Positions 37,701 to 39,571 of a DNA stretch of 39,571 bases are shown piece after piece (within the stretch, counting starts at the first letter, position 1; each line of letters begins with the position of its first letter). Made by a program: the position numbers and the translations under genes. This DNA is from a candidate division WOR-3 bacterium. Its GTDB lineage: Bacteria > Hydrothermota > Tepidihabitantia > Tepidihabitantales > CAIPLT01. Under the pieces are notes generated by a model. The model saw only the letters and a list, made by a program, of their open reading frames with translations, ran no database searches and was not told the origin of the DNA. The stretch covers positions 63,555-103,125 of the forward strand of contig CBFGJZ010000002.1 in the NCBI GenBank assembly GCA_965649215.1. Reading direction: 5' to 3'.

Positions 37701-37779
37701 GCCGGCACCGGGTATCTACTTGTTTCACATTGAATCCGATATAGGTAATCAAGTTGGAAAATTTGTGATTATCTACTAA
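34735..37779 (+). CDS. 1014-aa secreted protein with Ca-binding-type repeats, FN3-like domain and T9SS-like CTD
   Basis: Signal peptide; ITNYG...EWPRGSG..YIYGAGIWVG N-domain; 2x DG.DNNGNG.IDE; PP.P.L......ITL.W...DFQGYKVY...YYYAVTAFD; VVPNPY...FINLP..CTIRIY...G.L...WDL......APGIYLFHI...GKFVII. Confidence 0.8.
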   Translation: MRKIINLKLFLIVTISLVISSVSFARTAENPWRPGRLLDFKWYGKNQWRMSITNYGTFGYGIGRAGGEWPRGSGNYYIYGAGIWVGCMPSRTETLVTCGYNPSSGASEFTPGAWENAPGGYSARSFERVYIYPEDWPPNPLDFPESMRDSFETPLRIPVSGADTLVGYLYPIPRKTTSSYDAWTVLNDRDPDRHTTPKIPIGVEIYQTVFAWNLPWNRDIVFFIYNVKNMTSDTLKRLYLGMACDADIGGANDDMCGLLLRKYVKNRQGTDSVFADNVGYVWDNDFDEGWATPPGYVGFDFLQSPYAYNDGIDNNGNGIIDEGPDGLDNNGNGLIDEPAELEQLGMVSFKMFTLQAGDPVTNYTQYLAMSGYNYWETPPVYSPFDSIDPAPNDKRFLQSTGPFNLAPGELATITIAVMAAPSNPVGGVGDLYQLGLTSAAAQAAYDNFWIMPEAPPSPNLTLIPGEGRITLIWDNASEQARDGFYTLAATLRNPFYREFDFQGYKVYKSLTGKVGEWTLLDQFDKIDGIVYEDTTVAESLRTKATDKGLSYAYIDSSDIRLGFPYYYAVTAFDVNVLGGDPNPADTTRLSLESGLAPKVATARTAPSNYTHPWFNINKLIGGEKLYLNLNPLALANYAIKSDIYTLKFLPPKPSGPAASRIPLYEFLITNANNDTVVPIQSFSINIRNSSSPLTLHPTVFDDIITNIKEVTYDTVINGQIVTLTRIDTTWAYMPIIDIGMTLRMDSIPLQPFDRVIVKSGSYPQDSLQISVVSNNAALWAYRGSNYQIVWKLKRPNDPQSPLTAEVYDLTIGEYVPYRRMRSLTLDQDSANGWSFFLGADTLRLNSTINMTICGGQFNFNQNRPIRILPAPEDTWIVYSKPLSCAPAYAQFQIVAHPMQSLPESIASKLKVKVVPNPYLVRNAWERHPDYRKIKFINLPDKCTIRIYNFAGDLLKTIKHDATKVAGSGNLPLQSGGDEDWDLLTESGQKPAPGIYLFHIESDIGNQVGKFVIIY
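35662..35748 (+). repeat. Two ~45-bp coding repeats (DGIDNNGNGIIDE / DGLDNNGNGLIDE)
   Basis: Visible in both DNA and protein; DxDxNG-type calcium-binding-like loop. Confidence 0.75.
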
Positions 37780-37791
37780 AAGGAGAGAGAT

Positions 37792-38841
37792 ATGAAAAGA
37801 GAATTAAGACGATATAAGTATTTGATAACAGTTTTAATATGTTTATTGATCTGGTTTAACTCAACAGAAGCAATCTTTACAAAACTTGGTAAAGCAGGTA
37901 TGCCATTTCTGAAAATTGGTATTGGCAGCAGAGCTAATGGACTGGGAGATGCATTTGTGGCAATTGCTGATGATGTTTCGGCAACTTATTGGAATCCAGC
38001 AGGACTTGCTATTTTAAAGAACCGCGAAGTGATGTTTAATCATATTGACTGGATTTTACAAACACGGCTTGAATATTTAGCCGGCGCATTTCCAACTAAT
38101 TTAGGAACTTTTGGGATTGCTTTGACTAATGTCTCTTACGGCGATTTTGAACAGACAACCATTGATAATTATCAAGGTACAGGAGAATATTTCAGTGCTG
38201 CTGATTGGGCTTTAGTTGCTTCATTTGCTCGTATGTTTACTGATAAGTTCTCATTTGGTGCTTCAATTAAAACAATGCAACAACGAATATGGGATATGAC
38301 GGCGAATGCCTTTGCTTTTGATTTTGGCACGTATTATAATACAGGTTTTAAGAACATCCGATTGGCAATGACAATTTCTAACTTTGGTCCTGATGCTTCA
38401 TTTAGCGGAAAACAGTTATATTTTAACTATTATCCTGATTATGGTTGGCCTTGGACAGTTACTCCGATCCAAAGTGAATTGCTCACAGAAAAGTTTATTT
38501 TGCCAATAATCTTTCGTTTTGGGGTTGCTTATGATATTTTCCAAATTGAAGATAAATCGCGATTAACAATGGCAATCGATTTAGCTCATTATAACGATGT
38601 AAATGAAAAAGTTAATATTGGTTTAGAATATGAATATCTTAATTTTGCATTACGAGGCGGTTATATATTAAATACTGATAGTGAATATCGAAATGCAGTT
38701 GGTGTCAGTGACGGTTTATCTTTTGGTGCAGGTGCCTGGATTAATGCAACATCGCAATTAAAACTAAAAGTTGATTATGCTTATCGTAATCTTTCTCGAT
38801 TGGGTATTTCGCATCGGATTGGAGTAAATATCGGATTTTAG
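37792..38841 (+). CDS. PorV/PorQ family outer-membrane beta-barrel
   Basis: FLKIGIGSRANGLGDAFVAIADDVSATYWNPAGL signature, AFDFG.YY, LP..FRFG, LRGGY, C-terminal SHRIGVNIGF. Confidence 0.88.
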   Translation: MKRELRRYKYLITVLICLLIWFNSTEAIFTKLGKAGMPFLKIGIGSRANGLGDAFVAIADDVSATYWNPAGLAILKNREVMFNHIDWILQTRLEYLAGAFPTNLGTFGIALTNVSYGDFEQTTIDNYQGTGEYFSAADWALVASFARMFTDKFSFGASIKTMQQRIWDMTANAFAFDFGTYYNTGFKNIRLAMTISNFGPDASFSGKQLYFNYYPDYGWPWTVTPIQSELLTEKFILPIIFRFGVAYDIFQIEDKSRLTMAIDLAHYNDVNEKVNIGLEYEYLNFALRGGYILNTDSEYRNAVGVSDGLSFGAGAWINATSQLKLKVDYAYRNLSRLGISHRIGVNIGF

Positions 38842-38856
38842 TTAATAACTAATTAC

Positions 38857-38896
38857 AAGGGGTGAGTATTTATTGTGCTCGCCCCTTTTTATTTTT
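38857..38896 (+). terminator. Intrinsic terminator closing the exbB...porV operon
   Basis: AAGGGGTGAGTA-loop-TGCTCGCCCC followed by TTTTTATTTTT. Confidence 0.85.
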
Positions 38897-38939
38897 ATAG
38901 TTAGATTTTAAAATCGAAACTGTTTAAAAAATATAAAGC

Positions 38940-38967
38940 TTGTATAAATTTTTGCTCTTATTATAAT
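38940..38967 (+). promoter_or_regulatory. Promoter for hutI
   Basis: TTGTAT-16 nt-TATAAT, 7 nt before the ATG, no SD. Confidence 0.55.
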
Positions 38968-38974
38968 TAACAAT

Positions 38975-39571
38975 ATGAAGACAATTATAGCTAATGCCTC
39001 AGAGATCTTAACCCTTGAAAATCAGGGCTTAGGTATTGTCAAAGACAGTAATATTATAATTGAAAATGGTAAAATAGTGAGTATTACAAACGATTTTGTA
39101 AATTATCAAGATAGTAAAACAAAAATTATCGATGCCAAGAGAATGACGGTGATGCCTGGGTTTGTTGACTGTCATACTCATTTAGTTTTTGAGAAGGACA
39201 GAGTTGATGAGTTTGCAATGCGTCTTGAAGGAAAGACATATCAAGAAATTCTTTTAGCAGGTGGTGGGATTTTGAACACGGTTCGTGCAACTCGAGAAGC
39301 TTCGTTGCAAGAACTTTTTAGATTGGCTCAAAAGAGAATTGATAAATTAATTAGTTGGGGTACAACAACGGTTGAGATTAAATCAGGATATGGTTTAAAT
39401 ACTGAACAAGAGTTGAAAATATTAAGGGTTATTAAAAGATTGAAAGAATATTATCAAAATAAAATATCAATAATTCCTACTTTTATGGCTGCTCATGCGA
39501 TACCACCAGGTATAAACAAAAATGATTACATCCGTACGATAATTAAAGAGATGATGCCAATCGTAGCGAAA
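38975..39571 (+). CDS. hutI: Imidazolonepropionase (3' end runs off the window)
   Basis: Not in the ORF track. Manual translation MKTIIANASEILTL... includes MPGFVDCHTHLVF, EFAMRLEGKTYQEI, GGGILNTVRATR, GTTTVEIKSGYGL and PTFMAAHAIP. Confidence 0.95.
   Translation, partial: MKTIIANASEILTLENQGLGIVKDSNIIIENGKIVSITNDFVNYQDSKTKIIDAKRMTVMPGFVDCHTHLVFEKDRVDEFAMRLEGKTYQEILLAGGGILNTVRATREASLQELFRLAQKRIDKLISWGTTTVEIKSGYGLNTEQELKILRVIKRLKEYYQNKISIIPTFMAAHAIPPGINKNDYIRTIIKEMMPIVAK

Noticed and set aside
1-39571. ftcD and hutI at opposite edges as a hut operon split by a large insertion
   Set aside because: The intervening DNA is core housekeeping content without mobility genes or boundary repeats, and each gene has its own promoter.

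Overview
This is an AT-rich chromosomal window from a diderm bacterium. Its gene content (five proteins with T9SS-type C-terminal sorting domains, a C25 gingipain-like protease, a PorV/PorQ-like barrel) points to the FCB group or a related candidate lineage, perhaps WOR-3-like; that placement is inference only. Left to right: partial ftcD, tRNA-Ala(CGC) followed by a pyruvoyl arginine decarboxylase and a deoxyhypusine-synthase-like gene, an ABC-2 exporter with a SpoIID/LytB gene, rbfA-truB-ribF, a secreted Asp-box/CTD protein, a glutamine synthetase-family gene, a small outer-membrane barrel, the C25 peptidase, a tal-tkt-aminotransferase operon, a SurA/PpiD-like chaperone, five tRNAs with a DUF355 gene, tmRNA, a ~14 kb envelope operon, and partial hutI. 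The envelope operon (exbB-exbD-exbD-tonB, two CTD proteins, a lipoprotein, a TonB-dependent receptor, a 1014-aa CTD protein, porV-like) is the best candidate for a poorly described system: a TonB-energised receptor paired with T9SS-style cargo and a PorV-like anchor, with no SusD. Other signals are an orphan consensus promoter driving a structured sRNA or 32-aa peptide, a 17x12-bp degenerate array, a strong 16-bp promoter-spacer bias, apparently leaderless genes, and D-(S/T)-x O-glycosylation-like motifs enriched in exported proteins. No transposase, integrase, CRISPR array or reverse transcriptase was seen.
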